Program-made: the position numbers and the translations under genes | In this document: positions 16,681 through 26,534 of the stretch, piece after piece | Numbering within the stretch: position 1 is the stretch's first letter | Layout: every line of letters begins with the position of its first letter | IMG/VR virus record: IMGVR_UViG_3300045938_000052 | Location: 1-43,000 of that record | Direction: 5' to 3' (one strand) | Origin: a virus | Length of the DNA: 43,000 nt | Notes under the pieces: model-generated | Told to the model about the DNA's origin: nothing | Database searches by the model: none | The model's input: only the letters and a program-made list of their open reading frames with translations

Positions 16681-19620
16681 ATGGCTGGTGATCTGAAAAC
16701 CCAACTCGAGGTATCCGTCGACGGCACGGGCGTCGAGGCGGGCGTGAGCGGCATCAACAAGTCGCTGGACACGATCGGGAAGAAAGCCACCGAGGTCGGC
16801 AAGCAGGCGTCCGCAGGCATCGACCAGGTCGGCTCGGGTGCGGCTTCGACGGCGCCGAAGGTCGACGCGGCGACCAAGAACATGATCGGCTCGATCCAGC
16901 GTCAGATCGCGGTGATGGAAGCCGGATCGAAGTCCGGTGCCGACTACTACCGCGTGCTGGCCGGGCAGCGCGGCATCGACACGTCTGCACTCAAGCCCTA
17001 CCTCGACCAGCTCGAGGCGCTCACCGCGAAGCAGAAGCTGGCCGAGAGCGCGCTGCAGATGACCAGCCCGATCCTGCAGAAGGTGGGCGTATCCGCGGCT
17101 CAGACTGCCGCAGCGCTGCGCCAGCTGCCGGCGCAGTTCTCCGACATCGCGGTGAGCCTGCAGGGCGGGCAGTCGCCGCTCACCGTGCTCCTTCAGCAGG
17201 GATCGCAGATCAAGGACTCGTTCGGAGGCGTCGGCGCGGCGGCGAAAGCGCTGGGCGGCTACGTGCTCGGGCTCATCAACCCGTTCACCGTGGCGGCAGC
17301 GGCGGCCGGCGCGTTCGCGGTCGCGCTCTACCAGGGCAGCAGCGAATCGCAGGGCTATGCGAAGGCGCTGGTCCTCACTGGCAACGTGCTGGGCACGACG
17401 GTCGGCCAGCTGCAGAACACCGCGACGCAGATCTCCAAGACCGTCGGCACGCAGGCCGCAGCAGCCGAAGCGCTCACCGCGCTGGCCAACAGCGGCAAGA
17501 TCGCCGCCAGCTCGCTCACCGAGGTCGGCACGGCCACCGTGCTGATGCAGCGCGTCCTCGGCACCGCGGCCGACAAGGCCACCGACCTCTTCGAGAAGCT
17601 GGCCGACGAGCCGGCGAAGGCCTCGGCCAAGCTCAACGAGTCGATGCACTACCTGAACCTGACGACGTTCGAGCGCATCCGTGCGCTGGAAGAGCAGGGC
17701 CTGAAGGAGGCCGCGACGGCCGTGGCGCAGAGCGCGCTGGCCAATGCGCTCACGAGCCGGCTGCAGACCGTCGAGGCACAAGCCGGCTCGCTCGAGCGCG
17801 GGTGGCGCACGCTGGCCGATGGCGCCAACGCTGCGTGGAATGCGATGCTCGGCGTCGGCCGCACCCAGTCGATCGGTGAGCGGCTCGGCCAGGCGCAGGC
17901 GAAGCTGCAGGAGAGCCAGGCGCAGGCCGGGCGCAGCGGCGCATTCGCTGCCTTCTACGCGCCGGCGATCGCCAAGCAGACGCAGGAGGTCGCCGACCTG
18001 TCGCGCCAAGCCCTGCGCGAGCAGGAGAACGCCGCGGCCCAGGGCGAGAAGGCCAAGACCGACCAGGCGCAGATCGGCGCCTCCACGCGGCTGAAGATCC
18101 TCACCGAGGAAATCAAGACCAACGCGGACAAGCGCAAGAAGGCGATCGCCGAGCTCAATGCGGACTACCGCACGCTCGGCAAGGAGCAAAGCGGTGCCGA
18201 ATACGACCAGCTCGTCGCCAAGATCAACGACAAGTTCAAGGATCCGAAAGCTGAGAAGGCGAAGGCCTACCAGGACGACGCGGCCACGAAGTTCCTGCAG
18301 CAGCAGCGCGAGATCGAGGCCTCGCTGCGGGCCCAGCTCGAGGGCGTCAGCAAGCTCTCTGCAGCCGAGCAGGAGCAGGTCAAGTTCGCTCAGCTGCTGG
18401 CCGACCTGAAGGGGAAGACGGCCTTGACTGCCGATCAGCGCAGCCTGCTCGCGGCGCAGGACCGCATCAAGGCCCAGCTGGCGATCAACGTCGGCTTATC
18501 GCGCGAGGAGGAGCTGCAGCAGCTCGTCGCGAAGCAGGAAGAGAAGCGCGCGAAGGCGGTCCTTGCGACGGCCAATGCGGCCGACGGCGTGCGTCGGCAG
18601 ATCGCGGACGACCAGCGGCAGCAGCGCGAGCAATACGACGACCGGCTCGGCGTGATCGGGCTGGGCAGCGAGGCTGCCGAGCAGCTGCGTTCGCGCGAGC
18701 AGATCGAGCGCCAGTACGCGCGCACGCAACGCCAGTTCACCGAGGAGGCCGCTCGCAACAAGACGCTGGAGACCGAGGTCTATGTCCAAGGGTCCAAGGA
18801 CATCCAGGATGCGCTGAAGGTGGCTCTCGAGGCCAACCGGAACTACTACGCCGACGTGAAGCGGCAGCAGGCGGACTGGTCGCTCGGCGCCGCGGCTGCC
18901 ATTGCGAACTATCGGGATGAATCGGCCAACGTGTTCAAGCAGACCGAGCAGCTGGTCGGCAACGCGTTCAAGGGCATGGAGGACGCGATCGTCCGATTCG
19001 CGACCACCGGCAAGCTCGACTTCAAGAGCCTGGCGGATTCCATCATCTCCGACTTGGTGCGGATCCAGGCGCGCGCCGCGATCACCTCGGCGCTGGGCGG
19101 CGGCAGCGGCAGCGGGCTGGGCTCGCTGCTCGGTGCCATCTCCGGCGGGCTGTCGGGCAGCTCCGCGGCCGGCATCGCCAACGTGGTCGGCGGCAACGAT
19201 TCGCTGGGCACCATGCTCAGCCTGATGAACCTGGTGAAGAGCGCGAACGGCAACGTCTTCAAGGCGCCAGGCCTGAGCGCCTACTCCGGCCAGATCGTCG
19301 ACAAGCCGACGGTCTTTCCGTTCGCCAACGGCATCGGATTGATGGGCGAAGCGGGGGCGGAGGCGATCATGCCGCTGCGCCGCGGCGCCGACGGCAAGCT
19401 GGGCGTCGCTGGAGGTGGCAGCCGCGGCGACGTGATCATCCAGAACTTCGCCGGCGTCGACGTCCAGACGAAGGAGGAGCCCAACGACAGCGGCGGCATC
19501 GACACGGTGGTGATCCTCCGCCAATTCGAGGGCGCGCTCGCCAAGAACGTCGCGAGCGGACGCGGTCCGCTGGCCAGCGCCATGGAAAGCCGCTTCGGCC
19601 TCCGCACCTCCACCCGATAG
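16681..19620 (+). CDS. Tail tape measure protein (lambda family)
   Basis: 979 aa, Ala/Gln-rich and helical. It has a hydrophobic Gly-rich C-terminal segment and the motif ...GLMGEAGAEAIMPL.... Confidence 0.93.
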   Translation: MAGDLKTQLEVSVDGTGVEAGVSGINKSLDTIGKKATEVGKQASAGIDQVGSGAASTAPKVDAATKNMIGSIQRQIAVMEAGSKSGADYYRVLAGQRGIDTSALKPYLDQLEALTAKQKLAESALQMTSPILQKVGVSAAQTAAALRQLPAQFSDIAVSLQGGQSPLTVLLQQGSQIKDSFGGVGAAAKALGGYVLGLINPFTVAAAAAGAFAVALYQGSSESQGYAKALVLTGNVLGTTVGQLQNTATQISKTVGTQAAAAEALTALANSGKIAASSLTEVGTATVLMQRVLGTAADKATDLFEKLADEPAKASAKLNESMHYLNLTTFERIRALEEQGLKEAATAVAQSALANALTSRLQTVEAQAGSLERGWRTLADGANAAWNAMLGVGRTQSIGERLGQAQAKLQESQAQAGRSGAFAAFYAPAIAKQTQEVADLSRQALREQENAAAQGEKAKTDQAQIGASTRLKILTEEIKTNADKRKKAIAELNADYRTLGKEQSGAEYDQLVAKINDKFKDPKAEKAKAYQDDAATKFLQQQREIEASLRAQLEGVSKLSAAEQEQVKFAQLLADLKGKTALTADQRSLLAAQDRIKAQLAINVGLSREEELQQLVAKQEEKRAKAVLATANAADGVRRQIADDQRQQREQYDDRLGVIGLGSEAAEQLRSREQIERQYARTQRQFTEEAARNKTLETEVYVQGSKDIQDALKVALEANRNYYADVKRQQADWSLGAAAAIANYRDESANVFKQTEQLVGNAFKGMEDAIVRFATTGKLDFKSLADSIISDLVRIQARAAITSALGGGSGSGLGSLLGAISGGLSGSSAAGIANVVGGNDSLGTMLSLMNLVKSANGNVFKAPGLSAYSGQIVDKPTVFPFANGIGLMGEAGAEAIMPLRRGADGKLGVAGGGSRGDVIIQNFAGVDVQTKEEPNDSGGIDTVVILRQFEGALAKNVASGRGPLASAMESRFGLRTSTR

Positions 19621-19626
19621 GTCGCC

Positions 19627-19998
19627 ATGCCCTCTCTACCTTCCTACGCCCGACTCAAGCTCGGCAGCGCCAGCGAGAAGGCAACGCCGATCGTGGAGCG
19701 CTCCCAGATGGAGCGGGGTGTGCCGCGTACCCGGCGCACCGCCACCGATCCGCTGCTGACGCTGAGCGCGACGCTGGTGTTCCGCTCGTGGGCGGACGCC
19801 GAGTCGTTTCGCACGTGGTTCTACAGCCCGGTGGGCGCCGCCGCCGGCGCTGCCTGGTTCGACTGGCGGGATCCGCGCACCAACGCCATGCGCAGCGTCC
19901 GCTTCGTCGCTTCCTCCATGGGCGATGTCGTCCCTCTATCGGCCAGCTTCGGCATCTGCGAACAGCCCTGCGCCATCGAATACGTCCTGCGGACCTGA
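19627..19998 (+). CDS. Minor tail protein (gpM position)
   Basis: 123-aa ORF immediately after the tape measure gene. The call is positional only. Confidence 0.65.
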   Translation: MPSLPSYARLKLGSASEKATPIVERSQMERGVPRTRRTATDPLLTLSATLVFRSWADAESFRTWFYSPVGAAAGAAWFDWRDPRTNAMRSVRFVASSMGDVVPLSASFGICEQPCAIEYVLRT

Positions 19999-20000
19999 AC

Positions 20001-20480
20001 ATGCCCACTCTCTCTCCCGCAGCGCGTCAGCAGCTGCAGCGCGTCGACGACCCGGACGGCCTCCTGGTGCTGGTGCTGATCGACCATCCCAGCTTCGCCG
20101 GCGGCGTGCGCATCGTGCAGGACACGCGCGACTGGACCATCGGCGGCACGTCGTTCATCGGCCTGCCGCTGGCGATCCAGCTGCCACAGGACGTCGGCCG
20201 GGAAGCGAGTCGCGCGCAACTGCGGCTGGACAACATCGGCCGCGATCTGCTGGCCGAGTTCGAGGGCCTGCCGCCCGGCGCGTCGCTGGACGTCATGCTG
20301 CGGCTGGTGAGCCGCGCCAGGCCCGACACCGTCGAGTACGAGTACATGGCCGGCGCGTCGGTCGCCGAGGTCGACGTCGACGCGATTACGCTGACCCTGG
20401 GCGACGAGGAGCTGCTGCGCCGCAACGCCGTGGCGCTGCGCTACGACCCCACCACCGCGCCCGGCATCTTCGCAGGCTGA
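20001..20480 (+). CDS. Minor tail protein, DUF1833-like (gpL position)
   Basis: Sequence is MPTLSPAARQQLQ...LLVLVLIDHPSF...VRIVQDTRDW...FIGLPLAIQLPQD...RAQLRLDNIGRDL. Confidence 0.75.
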   Translation: MPTLSPAARQQLQRVDDPDGLLVLVLIDHPSFAGGVRIVQDTRDWTIGGTSFIGLPLAIQLPQDVGREASRAQLRLDNIGRDLLAEFEGLPPGASLDVMLRLVSRARPDTVEYEYMAGASVAEVDVDAITLTLGDEELLRRNAVALRYDPTTAPGIFAG

Positions 20481-20484
20481 TCGC

Positions 20485-23400
20485 ATGAATACTCCCACCT
20501 TGCGCGACGCCGAGCGCTATGTCGGCCGCGCCTATGTCGAGGGCGAATTCGACTGCGCCTCGCTGGCCGTGCTCGTGCAGGCCGAGCTGTTCGGCCGTCG
20601 GATCGATCTGCCGGTGGCCGCCGATCGCCACCGCGGCCGTCGCGGTCAGGCCAGCGACATCCAGCGGCTGCAGCCCGAGGTCGCCGACCTGGTCAGCGAG
20701 CCACGCACGGGCGACGCCGTCATCCTGTGGGCCCTCGTGCCCGAAGGTCTGCCGCCACTCAACCGTCAGTGGCATGTCGGTACCGTCTTCGTGCAGGGCG
20801 GCGAGACCTGGATCCTGCACTGCGCGAACGAAGCGCAGGGCGTCGCGCTCCAGCGCCTCGACCATCTGCTGCAGCTCGGCATGCACCTGGACGGCTTCTA
20901 CGCCTGGCGTGTGGCGGCACCGGCCGCGATGCTGAACCTCGCGATCGCCGCACATCCGCTGACGGGCCAGGTGGAGGTGCGCCAGGCGCTGGCCGGCCGC
21001 ACCCTTGCGGACACCCTGGCGGCTGAGGGCGTCACCGGCACCGGCTGGGTCGTCAGCGTGGGCGGACTCACGGTCCCGCCGGCGCTGTGGTCGAAGACCC
21101 GCGTGCGCGCCGGACACCTCATCGAGGCGCGATCGGTCGTGCGCAAGAAGGCGCTGGCGGTCGTTGCCGTGCTGGTGCTGAGCTACTTCACGTTCGGTGC
21201 GGGCGGCCTCGGAGCGGGCGGGCTGTTCGCCGCCGGCGGTGCGGTCGGCGGCGGGTTCCTGGCTGCTGCTGCTGTGTACGTCGGCGGCTCGATGCTGATC
21301 AGCAAGCTGCTCGCACCGAAGGCGGGCAGCGCCGGCGACAACTCGTCGAACCAGCCCGCGCCGACCTATGCGCTGCAGGGCGGTCGCAACCGCGCGCGGC
21401 CCTACGAGCCACTCTCGCTCGTCCTCGGCTACACGAAGGCGGTGCCGGACAACGCGAACCAGCCCTACACCTGGTTCGAGGGCGACGACCAGTTCCTGGC
21501 CACGATGTTCCACGCCGGCATCAACTGCCGCGCGGTCTCCGAGATCAAGCTGGGCGACACGGCCATCGAGAGCTACGAAGGCGCACAGATCAGCCGCTAC
21601 GGGTTCTCGGCGGGCAACACTGGCGTGCCGCCGATCGTCGGCACCTCGGTCGACAGCGTCGAAGGCGGGCTGCTCGACGCGCCGACCGCGCCGGGCCCCT
21701 GGGTGACGCGAACCAGCAGCCCAGGGACGGTGCAGCTGGGCGTGGACCTGGAGATGTCGCTCAGCTTCCTGAACGAGAAGGGGAAATACCAGACCGCCAA
21801 CGTCCAGGTCGAAGTGCAGGCCCGGCAGATCGGTGAGCCGCAGTGGACGGCGCTCGGAGCACCGGTCTTCCAGAGCAACAGCGCGACGCCGCTGCGGCGC
21901 ACGCTCATGTTCGTCGTGCCGTCGGGACAGTACGAAGTGCGCCTGCGCAAGCTGGCCGACGCGAACTACACCATCCCCGGCGCGAGCAACGTGGTCAGCT
22001 GGTCCGCGCTGAAGAGCTACCAGCCCGACACCGCCGACTACGGCGGCCAGCCACGGGTCAACGTCCGGTTGAAGGCGACCGGCCAGCTCAGCGGCGCACC
22101 CGACGAGATCAACTGGATGGCCTTGGCCGAGACGATGCCGTACTGGAACGGGTCGGCCTGGGTGACGGCCACCGAGCCGGGCGCTGCCGGCGTGAGCAAC
22201 CCCGGTGCGCAGATCCTGATGCTGCTGCGCGGCATCTATCGCCCGAGCGACGGCCGGCTCATCGCCGGCGCCGGCCTGGCCGACAACCGGATCGACATCG
22301 AGAGCCTCAAGGGCTTCATGGTGCGCTGCGCGGCCAAGGGCTTCCGGTTCGACAGCTTCATCCAGCAGGCGATGAACCTGCAGGATCTGCTCGAGAGCAT
22401 CGCGTCGGCCGGCCTGGGCTCGCTGTCGCGGCACTCCGGGCGCATCGGCGTGATCTGGATGGCGGAGGACCAGCCGATCGAGGGCGTCATCAACATGGCG
22501 GCGATGAAGGCCAGGTCGTTCGGTGTGCAGTACGACCTCATGGCCACGGCCGACGAGTACCAGCTCGAGTTCTTCGACGCCGACCGCGGCTGGACCTGGC
22601 AGCCGGTGCGCGTGCAGGCGCCGGGCATCGGCACGCCACAGCGCACCAGCACCGAGAACGTCCGAGGCGTTACGCGCGCCGCGCACGCCGCGGTCATCGC
22701 ACGCTTCGCGATGGGCCAGAACATCTACGGGCGCAAGTCGATCACCTTCGACATGGACCTCGAGCACCTGACGTTCAGGCGCGGCTCGGTCCTGGCCATC
22801 TCGCACGATCTGACCCAGTGGGGATACGGCGGACGCGTGGTCGCCGTCATCACCGGCGCCGGTCAGTTCTCCGTGGAGGTCGACGAGCCGGTGCCGGTGG
22901 CGCTGCCGGCGACCCGGACACTGGGCTTGCGACTCTCGGGCGAGCAGCAAATGCGCGTCTTCAACGTCGCCTCCGTCTCGGCCAACGGCCGCGTGCTCAC
23001 CGTGGCGCAGGGCTGGCCCGGTGGCGCGCTGCTGCCCGGAGTGGGTAGCGCCGTACAGGACACCGTCTGGCTCTACGACTTCAAGGCGACGCCAGGCTAC
23101 CGGGTGCGGGTCACCAGCATCGAGCCAGTCGACAACATGGGCGGAGCCCAGGTCACGGTGGTGCCCGAGTCGCCCGAGTTCTGGAACTACGTGCTCAACG
23201 GCGCCTACGAGCCGCCGCCGAACAACAGCTTGCTGTCGGAGCAGCTGCCGGTGGCCAGCAACCTGCGCATCTCGCGTGCCCGGGTTCGGCAGGGCGAAGG
23301 ATGGGTGCACGAGCTGACTGCCGTGTTTGACGTCGTAGGCAATTACGACCATGCCCAGCTGTGGACTGCCAGCGGCGGCATGCCGCTGTCGCAGGTGGGC

Positions 23401-25665
23401 GGCTCGATCTTCGGCACCCGGGTCACGTGGACCGTCGCGGTCGACCAGTCCTGGACTGTGGAGATCCGGCCGTTCGATGCGCTGGGCCGCATGGGAACCC
23501 GCGTCTCCGACGTCTTCGTCGACCCGAGCGAAAGCGTGGTAGGTGTGCTGAACTTCTTCGTCCGCATCGAGGACGCCGGCGCGGTGGCGCATTGGTCGGC
23601 GCCGGCGGGCCTGTCGTCGATCGACTGGGCCGTGACGCAGATTCGCACCGGCGCTACCTGGGAGGGTGGGCTGGTGGTGTTCGAAGGTCGCACCGATCGC
23701 GCGCTCCTCGGATGGCTGAAGGCCGGCACGCAGCGCTTCTGGGCCGCCCATCGCAACAGCGCCGGCGACTGGTCGATGCCGGTCACCTACGCGCTCGAGA
23801 TCCTCCCACCGATCCAGCCCATCGTCGATGGGAAGGCCTGGCGCGACCAGGTCGAGCTCGCCTGGCAGGAATGCACGAGCACGCAGCCGCTGCGCGGATA
23901 TGAGATCCGTGTCGGCCCGATTTTCGCGCAGGCGCAGATCATCTCCTTCGTCACCGGCCTCGGCTACGTCCGCACCGAAGCCGAGCCAGGCAAACGGTTG
24001 TATTGGGTCATCGCTGTCGACATGGGCGGCAACCGCGGCGCGGCGGGCTACAAGGAAGTCGAGACGCTGCCGAGTATCGGCGAGGCGCTCGATCAGCTCC
24101 AGGAAGGACTCGACGAGCAGATCGATGAGATCCGCGACTTGGTGAACGCGAACGGCTCGGCGGTGCGCGAAGTGGTCGAGGTCTCCGAGCAGCTCGAGGG
24201 CAAGCTCTCCGCCAGCTACACGCTCGCGGTGTCGGCCGGAAAGCGAGTCTCAGGACTGCGCGCTTTCGCCGATGAGCAGGAAAGCTCGCTGGTGTTCTTG
24301 GCGAATCGTTTCGCGTTCGCGATCGGAGACGCCGACCAGGCGAAGCAGCTGCTGACCCTTGGCACCGTGAACGGAACGCCATCGGCCGGTCTGGCAGGCA
24401 ATTTCTATCTCGACGGCGTGCTGAAGTCGCGCATGGTCGACGCAGAGCAGATCCTCGGCACGCACATCCGCGGCGACGAGATCGAGGCGCGCCATGTAAA
24501 AACAGGGTCGCTCACGACTGACCTCTTGAATGTGGGCATGGGCAGCAACTTGTTGGCGAACTCGACCTGGCTGAACCGCCAGATCGGCAGTCAGTTGCCG
24601 CAGGGCTGGAATGTCTTCAGCACCATCGACCCGAGCGTGGCTCAGGTGCTCCGCGTTGGCGACGCTTCAGGTCAGTTCCCCGAGTGGATGCCCGAAGGTG
24701 CAGAGGGCACCTGCCTGGTCCAGCTCGATGCCAACCCGAGCACGCTCGCCGTGCTTTACAGCGACACGCCGGCCATCGGCGGTAAGCGGTACGAGGCGAG
24801 CGCTTACGCGGGGGCACACCGCTGCAGGATGTCGGTGGGCATCGAGTTCTACGACCAAAGCGGCGGCAATCTGCCGGCCGCGCTGGAGAATTCCGTCGAT
24901 CACAACGGCAACACCGATGGCAGCAGGCCGGGCGGCCGTTTGCTGTCCGCCTTCAAGCGCGTCGGCTGCTTTGCGATTGCACCGCCCACGGCGGCCAAGG
25001 TGCGCATCACGCTGTATCGCTCGGACGCGACCACGCAGACGAGCTACGCGTTCTACCTGAAGCCGATGCTCGCCGAGGCGAGCCCGCACCAGTCCGTGTT
25101 TTCGCCATATCAGCCGAGCGGAATCGGAACGCAGATCACGCCGACAGGAATTACGACTCCCAGCCTCTCGGCGCTCAGCGGAAATATGGGCACGCTGTCT
25201 GCGGGTCAACTCGACATCCACAGTGACGCCATCGGCGGTGGCGGGTGGGGGTGGGTCCGCTCGCCAGGCAAGTGGAGGGACGGCAATCACGGCTGGATTT
25301 TGGCGCGTCACGCCAATGGCGACATGTTCGTCGACTTCACGATCGGTGGGCTGCAATTCGCGATGCAGAAGCTCGGTGGCGTCGACACAGCGTATATGGA
25401 TTGGGGCGGCATCGCGATGGACAACGCCGGCAATCTGTCCGTGCGCGCGCTGAACGTGATCGGGACTGGGAACATCGTCCCGGGCTCTGCGACTTTGCCC
25501 GCATTTGCCTCGGCGGCAAACCTTGTTGTCATGCGGGCAACTCCCGCGGACAGAGCTAGTGACTTGAACATCTACAACTACACCTCGGGCGGTGCGCCAA
25601 TACGTTTTTCAATTGGCGCAGTCTCAGCGTCGCAATCGCCGGGTGAGCCTGGAGGAGGGGAATAA
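20485..25665 (+). CDS. Tail tip / host-specificity protein: single 1726-aa fusion of K-like (NlpC/P60-type), I-like and J-like regions
   Basis: The N-terminus has FDCASL...WHVGTV...ILHCAN. Next comes a ubiquitin-like segment with the hydrophobic Gly-rich stretch RKKALAVVAVLVLSYFTFGAGG. It is followed by YALQGGRNRARPYEPLSLVLGY... (J-like) and a C-terminal jelly-roll-like region. Confidence 0.88.
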   Translation: MNTPTLRDAERYVGRAYVEGEFDCASLAVLVQAELFGRRIDLPVAADRHRGRRGQASDIQRLQPEVADLVSEPRTGDAVILWALVPEGLPPLNRQWHVGTVFVQGGETWILHCANEAQGVALQRLDHLLQLGMHLDGFYAWRVAAPAAMLNLAIAAHPLTGQVEVRQALAGRTLADTLAAEGVTGTGWVVSVGGLTVPPALWSKTRVRAGHLIEARSVVRKKALAVVAVLVLSYFTFGAGGLGAGGLFAAGGAVGGGFLAAAAVYVGGSMLISKLLAPKAGSAGDNSSNQPAPTYALQGGRNRARPYEPLSLVLGYTKAVPDNANQPYTWFEGDDQFLATMFHAGINCRAVSEIKLGDTAIESYEGAQISRYGFSAGNTGVPPIVGTSVDSVEGGLLDAPTAPGPWVTRTSSPGTVQLGVDLEMSLSFLNEKGKYQTANVQVEVQARQIGEPQWTALGAPVFQSNSATPLRRTLMFVVPSGQYEVRLRKLADANYTIPGASNVVSWSALKSYQPDTADYGGQPRVNVRLKATGQLSGAPDEINWMALAETMPYWNGSAWVTATEPGAAGVSNPGAQILMLLRGIYRPSDGRLIAGAGLADNRIDIESLKGFMVRCAAKGFRFDSFIQQAMNLQDLLESIASAGLGSLSRHSGRIGVIWMAEDQPIEGVINMAAMKARSFGVQYDLMATADEYQLEFFDADRGWTWQPVRVQAPGIGTPQRTSTENVRGVTRAAHAAVIARFAMGQNIYGRKSITFDMDLEHLTFRRGSVLAISHDLTQWGYGGRVVAVITGAGQFSVEVDEPVPVALPATRTLGLRLSGEQQMRVFNVASVSANGRVLTVAQGWPGGALLPGVGSAVQDTVWLYDFKATPGYRVRVTSIEPVDNMGGAQVTVVPESPEFWNYVLNGAYEPPPNNSLLSEQLPVASNLRISRARVRQGEGWVHELTAVFDVVGNYDHAQLWTASGGMPLSQVGGSIFGTRVTWTVAVDQSWTVEIRPFDALGRMGTRVSDVFVDPSESVVGVLNFFVRIEDAGAVAHWSAPAGLSSIDWAVTQIRTGATWEGGLVVFEGRTDRALLGWLKAGTQRFWAAHRNSAGDWSMPVTYALEILPPIQPIVDGKAWRDQVELAWQECTSTQPLRGYEIRVGPIFAQAQIISFVTGLGYVRTEAEPGKRLYWVIAVDMGGNRGAAGYKEVETLPSIGEALDQLQEGLDEQIDEIRDLVNANGSAVREVVEVSEQLEGKLSASYTLAVSAGKRVSGLRAFADEQESSLVFLANRFAFAIGDADQAKQLLTLGTVNGTPSAGLAGNFYLDGVLKSRMVDAEQILGTHIRGDEIEARHVKTGSLTTDLLNVGMGSNLLANSTWLNRQIGSQLPQGWNVFSTIDPSVAQVLRVGDASGQFPEWMPEGAEGTCLVQLDANPSTLAVLYSDTPAIGGKRYEASAYAGAHRCRMSVGIEFYDQSGGNLPAALENSVDHNGNTDGSRPGGRLLSAFKRVGCFAIAPPTAAKVRITLYRSDATTQTSYAFYLKPMLAEASPHQSVFSPYQPSGIGTQITPTGITTPSLSALSGNMGTLSAGQLDIHSDAIGGGGWGWVRSPGKWRDGNHGWILARHANGDMFVDFTIGGLQFAMQKLGGVDTAYMDWGGIAMDNAGNLSVRALNVIGTGNIVPGSATLPAFASAANLVVMRATPADRASDLNIYNYTSGGAPIRFSIGAVSASQSPGEPGGGE

Positions 25666-25667
25666 AC

Positions 25668-25877
25668 ATGGCAGCCACGACGACGACGTGTCGCGTCTAC
25701 CGGAACAACGTCGAGATCTTCCGGGTTCAATTCCAAGGGGCGACTGAGGTCTCGTGGACTCCTCCCGATGAACAGCCGGCAAACTATCGGTTTGAGTATT
25801 CCGCGGACGGCGCGTCCCCGGAAGTTCCGGGACAAATTGCGCGTCGCTATGCGGGCCTGGTGGGGCATCGGCGATGA
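25668..25877 (+). CDS. Small hypothetical protein (69 aa)
   Basis: The ATG lies 3 nt after the J stop, and the 3' end overlaps the next gene by ATGA. This packing suggests translational coupling. Confidence 0.55.
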   Translation: MAATTTTCRVYRNNVEIFRVQFQGATEVSWTPPDEQPANYRFEYSADGASPEVPGQIARRYAGLVGHRR

Positions 25878-26476
25878 AATTTGCAACGCTCTATGACGCG
25901 ACGACGGGCGTTATCGCTTGCACGACATCGATCCAGTTGCCGCTCGGTGTTGATGCGGATTCGGCAACTGCCGAGCAGTGGGCCGCAGCCATCGCCGATC
26001 TTGAGCAGGCGGCCGGCATGCCCTGCGTGCTCGGCGAGCCGAAGCCGAATCAGCGTGTGCATGCCGGTGTGTTTGTCGACGTCGTCCCGGAGCTCCCGTC
26101 GCTCGAGGACGCGAAGCTCGCGAAGTGGGAGCTGCTGAAGGCCGAACGCGATCGCCGCGAAACGCTGGGCTTCACGTACATGGGCAAGCTCCTGCAGAGC
26201 GATGAGCGAAGCGTGCTCAGGATCAACACTCGGGCGCAGGCTGCGCGCGATGCACTGGGCGCCGGCGATGAGTACCAGACGTACTGGAAGGCTACCGACA
26301 ACTCGCTCCTCCTCCTGGACGCACAGCAGATGGCTGACATGCCGCGCGCCCTGTCCGACTATGCGAACGGCCTGCACGTCCTTGCCGAAGGGCTTCGCCA
26401 GCAACTGCTCAGCCCGGCCACGAGCACTCTTGAGATGGTCGCTGCTGTGCAGTGGCCACCGACAAACCCCCAGTAA
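25874..26476 (+). CDS. Tail fibre assembly/chaperone-like protein (DUF4376-like)
   Basis: Sequence is ...LEDAKLAKWELLKAERDRRE...YQTYWKATDNSLLLLDAQQM...LRQQLLSPATSTLEMVAAVQWP. Confidence 0.7.
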   Translation: MKFATLYDATTGVIACTTSIQLPLGVDADSATAEQWAAAIADLEQAAGMPCVLGEPKPNQRVHAGVFVDVVPELPSLEDAKLAKWELLKAERDRRETLGFTYMGKLLQSDERSVLRINTRAQAARDALGAGDEYQTYWKATDNSLLLLDAQQMADMPRALSDYANGLHVLAEGLRQQLLSPATSTLEMVAAVQWPPTNPQ

Positions 26477-26494
26477 GAAAAGTTCACCCAACCA

Positions 26495-26517
26495 ACCCGC
26501 TTCGGCGGGTTTTTTTA
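26495..26517 (+). terminator. Strong rho-independent terminator after the tail genes
   Basis: Stem ACCCGC/GCGGGT with a TTCG tetraloop, followed by T7. Confidence 0.85.
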
Positions 26518-26534
26518 TGTCCGAAGGAACCACC

